Source: Octopus vulgaris (Eukaryota). From it: 64,000 nucleotides of DNA. The notes below the pieces were generated by a model, which made no database searches, was not told where the DNA came from, and saw only the letters and a list, made by a program, of their open reading frames with translations. Shown piece by piece: positions 1 to 14,724 of the stretch. The translations under genes and the position numbers were made by a program. The DNA lies in contig OX597814.1 in the NCBI GenBank assembly GCA_951406725.2, positions 99,448,001-99,512,000 of the forward strand. Direction: 5' to 3'. Each line of letters opens with the position of its first letter. Within the stretch, counting starts at the first letter, position 1.

Positions 1-170
1 GCATTGCTTCCGTATTTACGTTCAGAGGTCAAAATTCCGCCGAGATTGACTTTGCCTTTTATCTTGTCGGGGTCGATAAAATAATTACCAGTTGACCACT
101 GGGATCAGTACAATCGACTTACTCCTCCCCTAGAATTGCTGGCTTTCTGCTAAAATTTGAGACCAATATT
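1..170 (+). mobile_element. tRNA-derived SINE, family B (cut by the window edge, diverged)
   Basis: Contains aaattccgccgagattgactttgccttttatcttgtcggggtcgataaaataattaccag; related copies at 297, 16988, 19838, 24735, 43725 and 61990. Confidence 0.8.
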
Positions 171-296
171 AAATGATGTCTCCCATTGGTTGAGGAAACC
201 TTTTTACGAGTTTTGAAAGTTTACTCTTCAAACTGTGTTTATAAGTGGTCCTCTGAGTCAGGACGTTTATTACTATGAAAATAAACGTATATAGAG

Positions 297-495
297 GCTT
301 CAAATTTCGGTATTGGGCAACTGTTTTGAGGGGTGGAGCAGTCGATGCAACCGACTCTAGTACATGACTGGTTCTTATTTTATCGAACCTGACTGAATGA
401 ATGGCAAAGTTGGCCTCGACGGAATTTCAATTCAAAACGTAAAAACGAACGAAATGCTATTAAGCATTTTGTCCGGTGTACTAATGATTTTGATA
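297..495 (-). mobile_element. SINE family B, diverged
   Basis: Reverse complement resembles 1-170 (ttttatcga...ggcaaagttggcctcgacggaattt...aagcattttgtccgg). Confidence 0.75.
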
Positions 496-604
496 TCTCA
501 CTGCCCTACAAATGGATCATATCGAGTACATTATATGACTATTTCCTTAAGTATTTATCTCGGAATAAGAGCTAACAAAATAGTTGTGAGTTTTGTTGAT
601 TAAT

Positions 605-1790
605 AATTCAATTGCTTAGCACATTTCCAAACTCCCTTCTTCCCAGCTGCTTGTTCTGCTGTGATAATGTATTGGTTTCACCATGGTCCTGGAGGGAGAG
701 GTTTAAACATGCTGTATATATTTTATACATTAATTTATGGCATGCAAGTGGCCTGTAGTTTTTTGCCATGTGCGTGGTTCTGCATTTGGGGATCAGTTTT
801 CTCTCTGCTAGGGCTAACTAGTGTGGTATGGTACTGTTCCCAATAAAAGCTTGCTGGTACAGATTGATAAGAAATGGTCCAAAAATCTAATCTCCTCCAA
901 GTACTTTTCCATTTTGTAGTTTCTGGATCACAGTTGCAAGAGTTTCACCATCAATGTTGCATGTCTTGGATGTAATGCAGGAGCTATAACTTTTTCGGAT
1001 TTCTTCTAGCCACAGAGCATCTTGGTCAATTTCCTTCTCTTCGCTCCAGATTTTCCTCCAGAAGGAGTCTATGTGTTTTTGTGAATGAGCTTCTGTAATG
1101 TTTATTGACCTCCTTTCATGTTTCTGTATACTGCTGCGTGGTTACGGTTAAATTTTTTGTTCATTGTTCTTCTCTCGATTATTCTCTTCTGATGACGGAG
1201 TTTTTCACTGACAGCTTTTAGCTCCTGCTTCAGGGTAATCAGTTTGCAAGTGAGTGTCCTCTTTTTACTGTCTCCAAACATCATTTCTATCTCCTTCTTT
1301 CCTGTTTGCTGGTGGGACGTATAGCGATTTGCTTCTTTGCATGCAATAAGCATCACTACACGATTGATGGTATTCCATAGTTATCATTTTCTCTGTCTTC
1401 AAACTCATGAATGTACTTTCGTTGTTATTTCAGTTTTGTTTACATTTTGAATATGATTCATGTACTGTTTTACAGTAGTAGTCAGAGCATGCAGAAAGGC
1501 GCTAATCTGCCAGTATGTGGATTCACCACACTGTTGTAAATACTCATCACCAATTTCATTAACAGCTTTTAATACCGTATCTAGTGGGTTTTTTATTATT
1601 ATTATTATTTTACTTATTTCGATAGAAAATACTCTCTCTTCGAGAGACTCCTTCACAGCCGAAGTTATTTTTTCTCGGAAAATTTCAGTTAGAGCACATT
1701 TCACTGGCATATATTCCTGACTGCCACTACTACTACAATAATCGTTGCGGTTGTGCCTGCTATTTACCATAATCGTAGTAGGAGACAGTG
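605..1790 (-). mobile_element. R4/Dong-clade non-LTR retrotransposon remnant (N-terminal region and start of RT)
   Basis: Minus-strand translations give LKQELKAVSEKLRHQKRIIERR, SFWRKIWSE, AKNYRPLACHKLMYKIYTACLN and EQAAGKKGVWKCAKQL, which match R4/Dong RT domains 0-2; frameshifts and stops present. Confidence 0.8.
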
Positions 1791-2036
1791 ATCAGTTACT
1801 TGAGCCAGTAATGTAGTTTGGCGGACAGGTACTGCATAATCTGTTGGAATGTTGCTAACTGCGAAACCACGTTGTGAAGTTATATCATTCACGTTTGCGT
1901 TTTTGTTTATAGAGTTGTATCTACGTATGTATGTATGTATGTATGATGGATGGATGGATGTATGTGCGCATGTATGTTTATATGCATGTATGTATATGTG
2001 TATGAATGCCTGTACGTATATATATATATATATATA

Positions 2037-2154
2037 TGGCCTGCTCGCTTAGCCAGCGGGGTGGCGTCATTCGAAGGATAAAACAATGCGAACGCATTGT
2101 GACCAGCGATGTGTAACAACATCTGATGGTCTGGTCGGTCACGTGATCACGTGA
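2037..2154. repeat. ~120-bp GC-richer unclassified insert in a (TA)n tract, ending in the palindrome TCACGTGATCACGTGA
   Basis: Sharp composition change between TA runs; 16-bp perfect palindrome at 2139-2154. Confidence 0.45.
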
Positions 2155-3105
2155 TATATATATATATATATGTATGTATATATATATATATAAACAAGTG
2201 TATACACACACACATATATATATACATATACATCCATGTATATATATATATATATATATATGCATATGTGTCCATGTATATATTATTCTTTTTATTCTTT
2301 CTCCCTTAGCATTGCACGATTTTTCGTGTATATGTAAGTATATATTCATACATACGGACTCAAATACACTGATATATGCACACATTTGTATATAACAATA
2401 AATGCCATATAAACTTACTGTTGAATCTAAATATACATAGCTTCAACAAACCAAATAATACACACAATTACACAGATGTATGTATATACGTTTTCATGTA
2501 CATAAGTATAACCACTTACAGACATATACTCGATTTAACTTAACACATATAAAAAAAATTATATTAATAATTCTACATATAAACCAGTAAACTCATCGAT
2601 TAACACATGCGCATACTCGCCTCGCCGAAGAAAATACAAGAATACATACACATATTTAAAAGCGAAATAATTCACATACACATAGAGGAAGACTCAGACA
2701 GAGAACGAGAGAGAGAGAGAGAGAGGGAGAGAGAGGGAGAGAGAGACAGAAAGAAAGAGAGAGAAAATACATATTCATACAAATACACTCGCACATACAC
2801 ATACAGTCAGTCGTCATTCTTGATGTGTTTCGCAGAATTTCTGCTTTCTATGAGCCAATTTCCATCTTGCTTTCTGCTTAATGTTTAGAATATCCTGAGA
2901 ATTTTCTCTGCACTGATTGATAAGAGAGAAGGCGAAAAGTTTGTTGTTTGCTTAGCACTAACAAATCAAGGATGAAATGTTGATGCTTTCATCTCTTCTA
3001 CACTTCACATTTCAATCTCGTTTGTTGCTTTGTTGTTCACTTGGTGTTACTGGTTCCTGATGCCTTTATTGGTTTGTTCTTTGGCTTGATGGTGTGTATG
3101 ATTAT

Positions 3106-3900
<795 letters not shown>

Positions 3901-3970
3901 CTCTCGTACACATACGTATATACATCATATATACATATAATATACGTATAGACATATGTGCATATATATA

Positions 3971-4001
<31 letters not shown>

Positions 4002-4579
4002 TCATATATATGTTGGTGTGTATAACAAATTTATTTTATATGTGTGATATATATTCGTTTAAAATAGGTATATGTCTCCAATGTCCACATCACTCTATAT
4101 GTAGGTATGTGTAGGTGATTATGCATGTCCGTGTAGTGAATATGTACGTGTGTGTGTGTGTGTGTAGTATGCATGTATGCTATGTTTAAGTTCGTGTATG
4201 TATGCACATCAATAATTGAAGCAGGATATATTTGAGCTAATGCAAACGTGAGAGAAAATATGTAAGAGAGTGACAAAGTATATATGCGAATGACATTTTC
4301 AAAGCCAAGAAAGTAAAGCGATATGAATGCAATAGGGACGTAATGAAAGATATAGGACTTCGATTGAATAGGTAGGGAGACAAGCAGAGAGACACATACT
4401 CATATACTTACAAGTACACTTACACAGAAGGACAAACAGACGATCAGATAGATAAATAGATAGATACATTGCATACGTGTATGCAGAGAAAAGTAGATAA
4501 AAGACACACGTATACACACGCGTGCATCTGTGTATGTGTGCGCGGTTGCGGTATGCGCGTGTGTACGCGTGTGTTCGAG

Positions 4580-4627
<48 letters not shown>

Positions 4628-4688
4628 TGTATACACATGTAAGTATGAGTGTGTGAATGTGCATGTATGTAACTGCGTAAGTAGTTTT

Positions 4689-4721
<33 letters not shown>

Positions 4722-4786
4722 CATACATACGTATATATACATATACATGTATATATATATATATATGCATATGTATCTATATATAC

Positions 4787-4817
<31 letters not shown>

Positions 4818-5921
4818 CACACATACGCACACACACACGCATATATATATATATATGTATGTATGTATATACGCATATATAGACATGTATATATGTGTAG
4901 AGAAAAGGAAGAGAGTAGAAGAGAATGTGGATAGGAGGGAGAGAAGGTAACAGAGGACGAGAAATTGGTAGATATAGACAGATATAGTTGCAGGCAGACA
5001 TAGATAGATATGCAGTGAAAGAAAGAAAAACGAAAAGAAACAGAGTCGGACAGACAAATGAGTAATGAATTGACTGGGAGATGAGGTTAAATGGCCTCAA
5101 AGAAAAATTGATCTCAAATAAAAGGAAGAAGAAAAGAACGACGATACTGTGTTAGATGTGGGTAGGAAGAAAACAACCCGGACGCCATCTTATATTTCAA
5201 ACCATACGATCATCACTGGGGCAATGACGTTATGATAGAACAAGATCGGAATCGAGCTAGCTTTTGTATAAGCTGGCCTTTAATGTCATGAATCTTTGTT
5301 GATGTGATTTAACATCAACCCGTTGTAATGACTCTAATGAAAGAATCTCGAATGATGGAGGTAAGGGTGGGGGGATGAAGGAAACGAGTTGGAAGTTTAT
5401 AAGATTAAAGATGGCTGGGTAAGGATGGGCAACATTGTGAATAGACGTTACTGTGGGAAAATAATGAACCAAGCAAAGCAGACTGAACAAGTATAACAAA
5501 TAAAAATATGAGAGATTACAAATAAATAAACACGAAAATACGTAAATAAGTAAATAAATAAATAGCCGAAATGCGAACCGTTAAGATTGCTCAAATTCAG
5601 TCGCACACATATTCGAGTTTGTTAATGCGTATTTGTATGTACATGAATATACACATGTATATGCATGTATACAAACATCCGTGTATTTACACATAAAACA
5701 AAAATCAGAGGCAGAAAATCAATTTATTCAGTCTACGTGAGGAAAAAGAGAGATACATGTATGTGTGGCATATTTATATATACATACATATTTATTTAAG
5801 ACACATGCGCACATAAATACACACACATTCAAACTAATGTGCATATGGAAACGTGCATACACATAACTGCACATGCACATACACATACGTTTATATAAAC
5901 ACACGTTTACACATATATTAC

Positions 5922-5966
<45 letters not shown>

Positions 5967-6384
5967 TAATAATGACTAGTAATAATAATAATAATAATAA
6001 TAATGACTATTAATAATAATAATAATGATGATAATAATAATAATGATAATAATAATTATTATTATTGTTGTTGTTGTTGGTCTTGGCGTCAATATTGTTA
6101 TTACTATTGATTATTAAAGTATCGTTAATAATTTCAAAATAATAATATATTAGGACTATGTGCATATATGTATGTATGTATAGAGACACAAACACACACA
6201 CACACACACACACAAACACATAAAAAGTACTGTTAATAGAAGTCAGGGTGCGTTGCGTTCTGTTACTTAATAAATTAAAAAGGTATTTTAAACAAGAGCA
6301 CTCAGACAGTTCAAACTTTCGCCAAGGCATCAGCAGCGACCTCTCAACGATTACACATAGATGATTTTTGAATGAGAATATCTG

Positions 6385-7280
6385 AAACTAGATAAACACT
6401 CGGAGAGCGCAGACCTCCGCCAAGCAGCTCATTTCCACCCATATACACGCATGCTGGAAACCGCCAATTTCCCAAACCGACGCCGGCAAAAACGGTGGGG
6501 TTAAAAAAAAATAACGCAGCCATATGATTTAAAGAAAAAGAAACCCTTTAAAAACAGGAATCATCTGAAGCAGTTATCAATGACAACAGCAAGCTAGTTT
6601 GAGTGATACACACATAACATCAAAATCGGAAAAGTAACAGTCGGTTACAGTGACTTGTGAACGCCGATCCTGGTTCACGTAAACATGATCGAGCAGGCTT
6701 CCATAGTCGGTGGTGGGTTTTTGGACTAGTTGGCTGAACCCAGACTGGTTCATAGTTGTCAAGATCTCATGGTTAGAGGAATCAAGGAGATCCACGTTGA
6801 AATCACCAAGGACGATGATCTGCTGATTCCTAGGTAAAGATAAAAATGGTATATGTCTACTTACGAAACTAAACCTACCTACCTACTTTACATCCCTCTG
6901 TAGTCAGTATAGTAACAAGAGTCCATAGATATGCGAAAAAATTACTAATAGAGAAACAAAAATATAACTTTGGAAACAGCAACGCCACCATAGGTTACAT
7001 GGAAGCGATGAACGTGTTTTCAAGGGAGATAACCAAAGAACGTAACATTGTAATACTCCATGTATAGTAAATATAACAAATGAAAAATCCTTCAAGAATC
7101 CATAAAATTCTTGGTTCACTACCAAAGTTTCATCAACTGTTTCTTGTGTCATTACCAACTTCACCTGCAAGTTTCATCAAATACCGATCACAACTTTTTG
7201 AGTTATTTTGCACACAGACGGACAGATGGACAAACCAACGTCATTGAAAACATAACCTCTTTCCTTGGCGGAGGTAATAA
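6385..7280 (-). mobile_element. Inner Helentron deletion derivative
   Basis: Subterminal inverted repeats ACCTCCGCCAAG (6413-6424) and CTTGGCGGAGGT (7264-7275); terminal stem-loop cactc-gga-gagcg; carries an endonuclease fragment. Confidence 0.75.
6577..6825 (-). pseudogene. C-terminal AP-endonuclease fragment of a Helentron Rep/helicase/endonuclease protein
   Basis: IIVLGDFNVD...PTTDYGSLLDHVYVN...DCYFSDFD: GDFN, LDH and SD(H) motifs of the EEP/APE fold, ending at a stop codon. Confidence 0.75.
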
Positions 7281-8249
7281 ACTCGACTGCACTCACAAAC
7301 GAGAATACTAACAACGAATTAAAAATTAAGTAAAAAAGACGGAAATTTAGTAACAGTGATAAATAGTTTATCCTTATCTAATACAAGCCAAAGTTACAGC
7401 CTGAGAAAGACTTGAAAGTTAACGTAAGATCGCAATCATGTAAAGTAAATATAACAAATAATTCAGAATCCTTATCCGGTGCCGGATCAATCCCAAAATC
7501 TAATCAGTTCCTGTCAGTCACGAGGCCAAACATCCCTGAGTATTTCATCTGAATCCATCCAGCGGTTCTTGGAATATCTTGTCCACGGACAAACAAACAA
7601 ACACGACTGAAAAACAATACCTCGACCTTCGCTAAGGGGGAGGTAATAAACAAGCGACATAACGTATACTGAGTATACAACCGGACGGGAGATAGATACA
7701 GGTGTCTAATTCTTCATCAGTTAACTCCCAAAACAATACAGAGTGGACATACGAAAGTGAATGAATGTGACTTAAGACGATGGACAAAAACGAAATAAAT
7801 AAGAAACGAACAAAATATAGCTTCAGGGTCAAAATAGCAAGAATGATGGGTAATGCGTAGAAGCCATCCTAAAGGATAGGAAACAGTGAGACACGAAATT
7901 TGCGACAGGTATGCATATACGTATATTTAAACATGTATACAATGTATGAGCATAGATTCTGTTTAAGTTTATAGCAACAATTTCAGTAAGTCAGCGTGTC
8001 TTATTTGTATAGTGTAGCACACATGTAAAGTAGGTAGACAGTTATTCAAATTTCAAAAATCCATCGTCAATTTACTAATCATAGACAGGTGGCGAATATA
8101 TTTAATATTGATGAAACCCAAGAAATTTTGTTTAATGATCTATAGATTTATATCGTTCATCTCAGACGCAACATTTCATACCGATAATATCATAATGGGA
8201 AGATACCTGCTACTATGTTTAGTTCATATTAAGCCCACACAGCAACAAT

Positions 8250-9120
8250 TATCTTGCTACTTTGAGTAGACTTTAATAAAGTTTTAAGGCATATCAACTA
8301 CCTCACAATATTCGTCTTCATTTTCAAATAATGAATGAAAATGTTGATTACAGGATGATTAGAAGCAAAAGGACTAGACTACCACTGCTAATGAAAACCT
8401 GATCAACAAAAACCGTAATTCTAATATAACCTATTATAACACATCATATTCATCAATTTGAAATCCAATATCACCCAAAAAAATCTTCCAAAACTGAATA
8501 TCAATATTTTGCTTTGATACAAGTATTCCAAATTGTTTAATCTGACAGCTGTAGATAAACTATAGATGTACTATTTGTACGGTGGACATTTTTGCAGAAA
8601 GCAGGCTCCCTAACGCTCATGATTATTTGAAACGGTATTTAAATCAAACTCCGTCTTTAAGCATGCAAGCATAAGAAGCTTTATAACATTATAAAGTCAT
8701 ACATATTGGAAAATATAATATCAACTGGGTTATTGCACTCTCACCAAAATATATACCTTTGTGAAAGTCATTGCAGCCTCTGACATAACGAGAAATATTT
8801 CTAGCTTTTCGAAAGAGTAAAATTATACAAAGAAACAGAGCTAATGTTTAAGTGTCGACATGAAAATGCATTCTAACTTTCTAATACGAAGCAGTGATGT
8901 ATAAACATCGAAAAAGATTGAATGAAATCGAATGAGCAACTGGATGTCCGTAGTCTGCCATCCTCTACGCACAGCAACAGAGAAACTGAAAAAGTGATGA
9001 ACAAATATCATTACAAACGACTGTTAGAGATATCTGATCGTCCAGGTTTTCCTGTCTGAAGATTAACCGCTGAGAGAAGTATAAAACTGAGTAACGGGAT
9101 GATGTAAACTAGAACTATAA
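8250..9120 (+). mobile_element. Penelope-like element, Naiad-like, 3' remnant (RT thumb/linker, GIY-YIG endonuclease, 3' UTR)
   Basis: Broken frames give KNRNSNITYYNTSYS, YSKLFNLTAV/INYRCT, YNINWVI, HCSL*HNEKYF and ETELMFKCRHENAF; ends at a (TACA)n/(TA)n tract. Confidence 0.7.
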
Positions 9121-9151
9121 CCATCTATATACAAATACATACATACATACA

Positions 9152-9271
<120 letters not shown>

Positions 9272-10133
9272 AGAGAGAGAGAGATGCGTGTATGTGTGCA
9301 TGTTGTGTTGTTGTGTTTGACTGGGAATGAATGTGAGTGAGTGTGCGCGCGCCATTTTGTGTGTGCGTGTGTGTTTGTGGATGTGTGTATAAAATAACAG
9401 CTAAAACATGTAATCCTACCTCGTTATTATCCCCACCAATAATGTTTGAATAATGTAACGAATAAACTCAACTTCTTGAAAATTTTATCTGGTGTTTCTG
9501 TTAGCCGTGCGATATGTAGTAGACAATTAGAATGGTAAGAGCGGCAGCAGAAATGACTATCGGTATTTAGGGAGAAAGTACCTTCTTAATTCATCTTAGT
9601 CATTTAATCATTCGGAATCGACTAAATAACGTAGCAATCAAATATTGTATCCATGTACTCATATGTCTTCCTGCATGCAGGCTTTGTACTTACGTTAAGA
9701 TATATATTAAGGTCTAACAAAATTGTGTACGCATGTGTGTTTATACATCACTGATTGAATCACTTACATTTATTGGCAAGTTATTTAAATACTATTTAGG
9801 AGTTTTCCCCGAACTTAAAAATGGGAAGCAATATTTTTGAATTCAGTATTCAATAAGAATTATTTTCATTTTATTTTGATGGCAAAATTTTGTAATCAGA
9901 GGAATTTTTATTACCTTTCATTCATTCGAGTCCTGTATCAACACTAAATAAGGGATTAAATGAATGAAGACAATATGCAATGACACTTGTTGAACTGGCA
10001 ACAGAGCAGATAATACTAAGTATACGTCCAGCAATGATTTACTGGAACCTTTACATCCAAAGCCATTACGGGTGACTGCTTTTACTGAATCAGGAGTGCT
10101 CACCTTGGTTGACACACTCTAGATTAAGCACAT

Positions 10134-10687
10134 TCTTTTATTCTTTTATTAGTTTCAGTCATACCTCAGGAGTTATTTTTTAATGCCTAGTACTTATTCT
10201 ATTGGTCTGTTTTGCTGAACCGCTAAGTTACAGAGTCATAAACACACCAGCACCAGTTGAGATGGGGGAACAAACTGGCACATAGACACATATACAGATA
10301 TATATTCTGTAGAAGAGCGTAGGCTCGAAACGTAAAAGTATTTTTCTATTCCTGAGCGTTATACTAATACATCTGTTTGTTTTGTACACCACCTGTCTTC
10401 GTCTTTTGTTTCTTTCGTAAACTCTCCCTATATATATATATATATACCAATTATATGAACACGAAAATGGACAGTCAACATGCTATATATATGTGTGTTG
10501 TGTGTTGTGTGTTGAGTTTGATCTGAGAACATAATCTTTTTGTGGTGAAAGGCGATTTGACGTCTATATATACTGTCCACTTTTCGTGTTCAGTCCTTAA
10601 TTGGTATATATAAATATTTTAATCGGATTCTTTTTTAATATGCTAGACCACTGGTCTTAATTGATAAATATCAATTTCTACCCTTAA

Positions 10688-10758
<71 letters not shown>

Positions 10759-10900
10759 TACATATATACATATATACATACGACTGGTTTCTTTCTGTTT
10801 CCGTCTATCAAATCCACTCACAAGGCTTTCGTCGGCTTGCAGACACGTGTCCAAGGCGGTTAAAAAGCAAGGTTTTCACCACACAGCCACGCTTGTGTCT
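10134..10900 (-). mobile_element. SINE family A split at its internal microsatellite by ~400 bp of Penelope-type terminal-repeat pieces
   Basis: SINE 3' half at 10134-10300 and 5' half at 10780-10900 match 11420-11941. Confidence 0.75.
10306..10700 (+). mobile_element. Two Penelope-type pseudo-LTR fragments (one with an HHR-like core, one with a short inverted arm)
   Basis: ctgtagaa-gagc-gtag-gctc-gaaacgt at ~10307-10333; inverted repeat 10441-10475 / 10572-10610; TA runs at the junctions. Confidence 0.55.
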
Positions 10901-11419
10901 ATTCAGTATACGTAAATAAATGAGATACGAGTACCTAAGCATTAGCATAAATGATGTAAGTTTATTAATATTCTGCTGTGTAAGGTACTAGTCTGTACAA
11001 GGTACTAGTAAACTACTCTGGCACCGTAGAGACTTGAAGTCCTTGTTCGTAAAATAATGTGTATTATAAGAGTTCCAGACCACCATGTCCAGAAAGTAAA
11101 TGTTCTTGTATCAATATGCAAGAACAATTTTGCTGTTCGATCATAAATGAAAATCCTCATATTTTGTTCTTTTATTCAGTTTCATTTCTTTATAAGAACG
11201 TAAAGCTTGTCAAGATACGATAGTTCGATATGATGTTTGAAAAAATGATTAGCTGATAGACGATTGGATGAATTAATTCAACAGAATAAAAAAAAAAACC
11301 TAAATCAGAAACGGAATGTAGTAGCTGAGAGACAGTATGTAATATAGAGCTTTCAGGGAGGAAAAATGTATGTTTGGTTAATGGCTTAGTTATTAAGTGC
11401 TGATATAATAATTGTATTA

Positions 11420-11941
<522 letters not shown>

Positions 11942-12349
11942 TAAAAATATAAAATATCTTTTTTTTTTCTGTCTTTGCTTAATTTTTTAAAATTATATTT
12001 AATTTACATCTGGAACGCCATAATTGGTTAAGTAGATGAAAACCCCTTCGAAAAATCTTTTCTCACGACAAATTTCATTTAGTATGATTTGTTGTTGACT
12101 TATTCTCTGATTTCATTGATAAGCTAAAGCTCTCCAACTTCAAAACCTGAGTATATCAGCTTTTATTCTTTTCTTTTTCCGTAAAATTTGAAACTGTTTA
12201 AAAAGAGAATTGCAATACACTTTTTTTTTACCGAACGGGTTTATAGACCTTTCTACGCAGCGCATACACACGCAAACATACGCACACTCATATACGCATA
12301 CATGCACAGACGCACGCAAAAACTAAAGCGCGTACATGTATATGCATAT

Positions 12350-12460
12350 CTTTTAATCTTTTACTTGTTTCAGTCACTGGTCTGTAGCCCCACTGGAGCA
12401 CTTCCTTGGAGGTCTTAGTCGAATAAATCAACCCCAATACATATTTTTCTAAAGCTTGAT
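12350..12460 (-). mobile_element. SINE family A 3' fragment
   Basis: ttttacttgtttcagtcac...ctggagcac...tagtcgaataaatcaacccc. Confidence 0.6.
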
Positions 12461-12641
12461 ACTTATATATGGGTGTATGTGTGTGTTGATAATACATAAT
12501 ACACATATATATATATACACATATATATATATACATGTGTGCGTATAACATAATACATATATACATATATATGTATGTATATATATATATGTGTGTATGT
12601 GTGTGTTGATATATATGTGTATGCATAAGTACATACACATT

Positions 12642-12676
<35 letters not shown>

Positions 12677-13319
12677 ATACACACACAAACACACACATAT
12701 ATACACCTATACATGTATATACACATAAGCATAGAAACACACATACACATTCTCAATCACATACACATACCCATACACACACCCATACATACACCCATAC
12801 ATACATACATACATACATACATACACACATATACACATCGCATAAAAGTGCTGTTGCCGAATGTTGTACATTTGGTTGTATTAACGACACACGATTTTTT
12901 GCCTAACATTGAAATATAAATGACATACATGTCTGACTACGTAAACCAATAAGTCCTTCTTTCAATACTAAACAGTTCAAGTATATTCATTATTTGAAAC
13001 ATAAGCCTTTCCTTCTAGTTAGAACCATATGTGAGGTTTGCAGTTTCTTCTTTTCTTGTTTTGCAATTTTACTATAAAAGAAATATAAAACATTGGGTTA
13101 CTTGAAGTTGTAGCATAATACTTGAAGTTAGTAATTTAACTTGACCAGAAATAGTTTAAGATTGGGAGAGAAAAAACTATAAATTCGACACGTGTGAAGC
13201 TATAATTTTTATATATTCTTTAGGTGTGCTTGAATATACTTGAACTTTGAGATGTTCTAAATGCATTACTAAAGGTAACAAACTTTATAAATTTTCAGGA
13301 AAATATAAATATAACAAGC

Positions 13320-13612
13320 AAAAAAGCTATTATTAAAATCTCTGTAAGAGATGGACGCAGTAACTGTACAGGCAAGTAATGTTTGCCTTCACTTCAGCAT
13401 GACTGTTCCCTTTCAGACGGATGTTACTGCACTTTTTTTTATCTCTAAAAGGACATTGCCTCTAACTGGTTAGCGATGCAACCTGCGTCCGATATATTGC
13501 GAGCAGGGGAGCGAATCCCTACCACCATCTAGCGACGGAACCAGCAGACAGGCCTGGTTTCGGGCAATTTCTACCTTTCCTCACTGATGGACACCTCGTC
13601 TGATAGAGATGG
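13320..13612 (-). mobile_element. ~300-nt non-coding HHR-bearing element (family X), copy 1
   Basis: Colinear similarity with the reverse complement of 54980-55265 and with 29335-29486 (shared gatatattgcgagcaggggagcgaatccc block). Confidence 0.7.
13541..13590 (-). ncRNA. Type I hammerhead ribozyme motif with a core mutation
   Basis: ccauca-GUGAGGA-aagguagaaauugccc-GAAAC-caggccu-GUC-ugcugg; stem I pairs with one mismatch, C3 is G. Confidence 0.55.
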
Positions 13613-13658
13613 CTATATATATATATGTATATATATATGTATATGTATACATAAATGT

Positions 13659-13706
<48 letters not shown>

Positions 13707-13757
13707 CGAGAGAGATAGAAATGATAGAAAATGGAATGAACAGCATTCTTTATTTAA

Positions 13758-13860
13758 AATCACTACAATTGTTTCGACACATTAAAACTTTTAGTACATT
13801 GGTGAAGCGTTGTGTAATCATTATACATGCAAGGTGTAAAATACGACTCCTCAGGTGATT
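13758..13860 (-). ncRNA. Type I hammerhead ribozyme motif with a long stem II insert
   Basis: aaucac-CUGAGGA-(~72 nt)-GAAAC-aauu-GUA-gugauu; perfect 6-bp stem I and palindromic stem III ACAAUUGU. Confidence 0.65.
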
Positions 13861-14724
13861 GTTGAAATAAGTCCTTCGTTAGATCCTCTCGTCATTCCAT
13901 TTAGTGTGATAACTCAAAACGATGTGTCATCTTCAACAATTTACAGACAAATTATAATCAGATGATACGGAAGAAAGTTCTAAACAGTCTGAAAAATAAA
14001 ATGAAAAATAAAATTAAGCATTTAGTGATTATAAAGTGATAAAATGGTGAAGGCTGACCTCTTCTCTTGTAGGATCTAAACTACTCTCCGTCTCTTGTGA
14101 CAAAACGAATGAGCCTCTAGCTGAAGAGTAATTTACTACCATCTGGCTATTGCTTGATTTTGAGTAATTAGAAAAAAAAATTAGTTAGAATCCTTACCCA
14201 TCTATATGATGGCATCAAGTAGTCAACAGCTGTGGACGAACTTTGCATATAAGGTTACATAGAAGGTTTTTTGTCCGAATCTTATTTAACAACACACATA
14301 CACACATCACATTACATCACATCACAACACTTCACATACATAGAGAATCATATATGTATATGTATCTCACCGAGAGAAGTTGGTGAGATACGTGAAGAGC
14401 ATGGGACATGAAATATGATAATATAAGACAATAACATTATTTCAAAACTATTTTTTTAGTATTTTTGAAGTAAACCATTATACCTACTATATCTCGCACA
14501 GTGAGATGACTACAACACTTTTCGCTTGATTATGTTGAATTGGCCTCTTCTAACAGGATACAATTGAAATTCTGGACTTTTATATAGTGAACATGGCTGC
14601 CCGTAAACACACCATATATAATCAATGTTACACGTTATATACATATCAGACATCAACGAACAGTTCTCATAAGGCAGCGAGGAAGCCTTCTCGGTTCCAT
14701 TTGATTTGCATGAGATCCCAATCA

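Larger units (their letters stand above)
6291..7650 (-). mobile_element. Outer non-autonomous Helentron-type (HINE/DINE-like) element, interrupted by a second element
   Basis: Ends aacaagagcactcagacagttcaaactttcgccaagg and aatacctcgaccttcgctaagggggaggtaataa are diverged versions of the inner element's ends. Confidence 0.65.
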
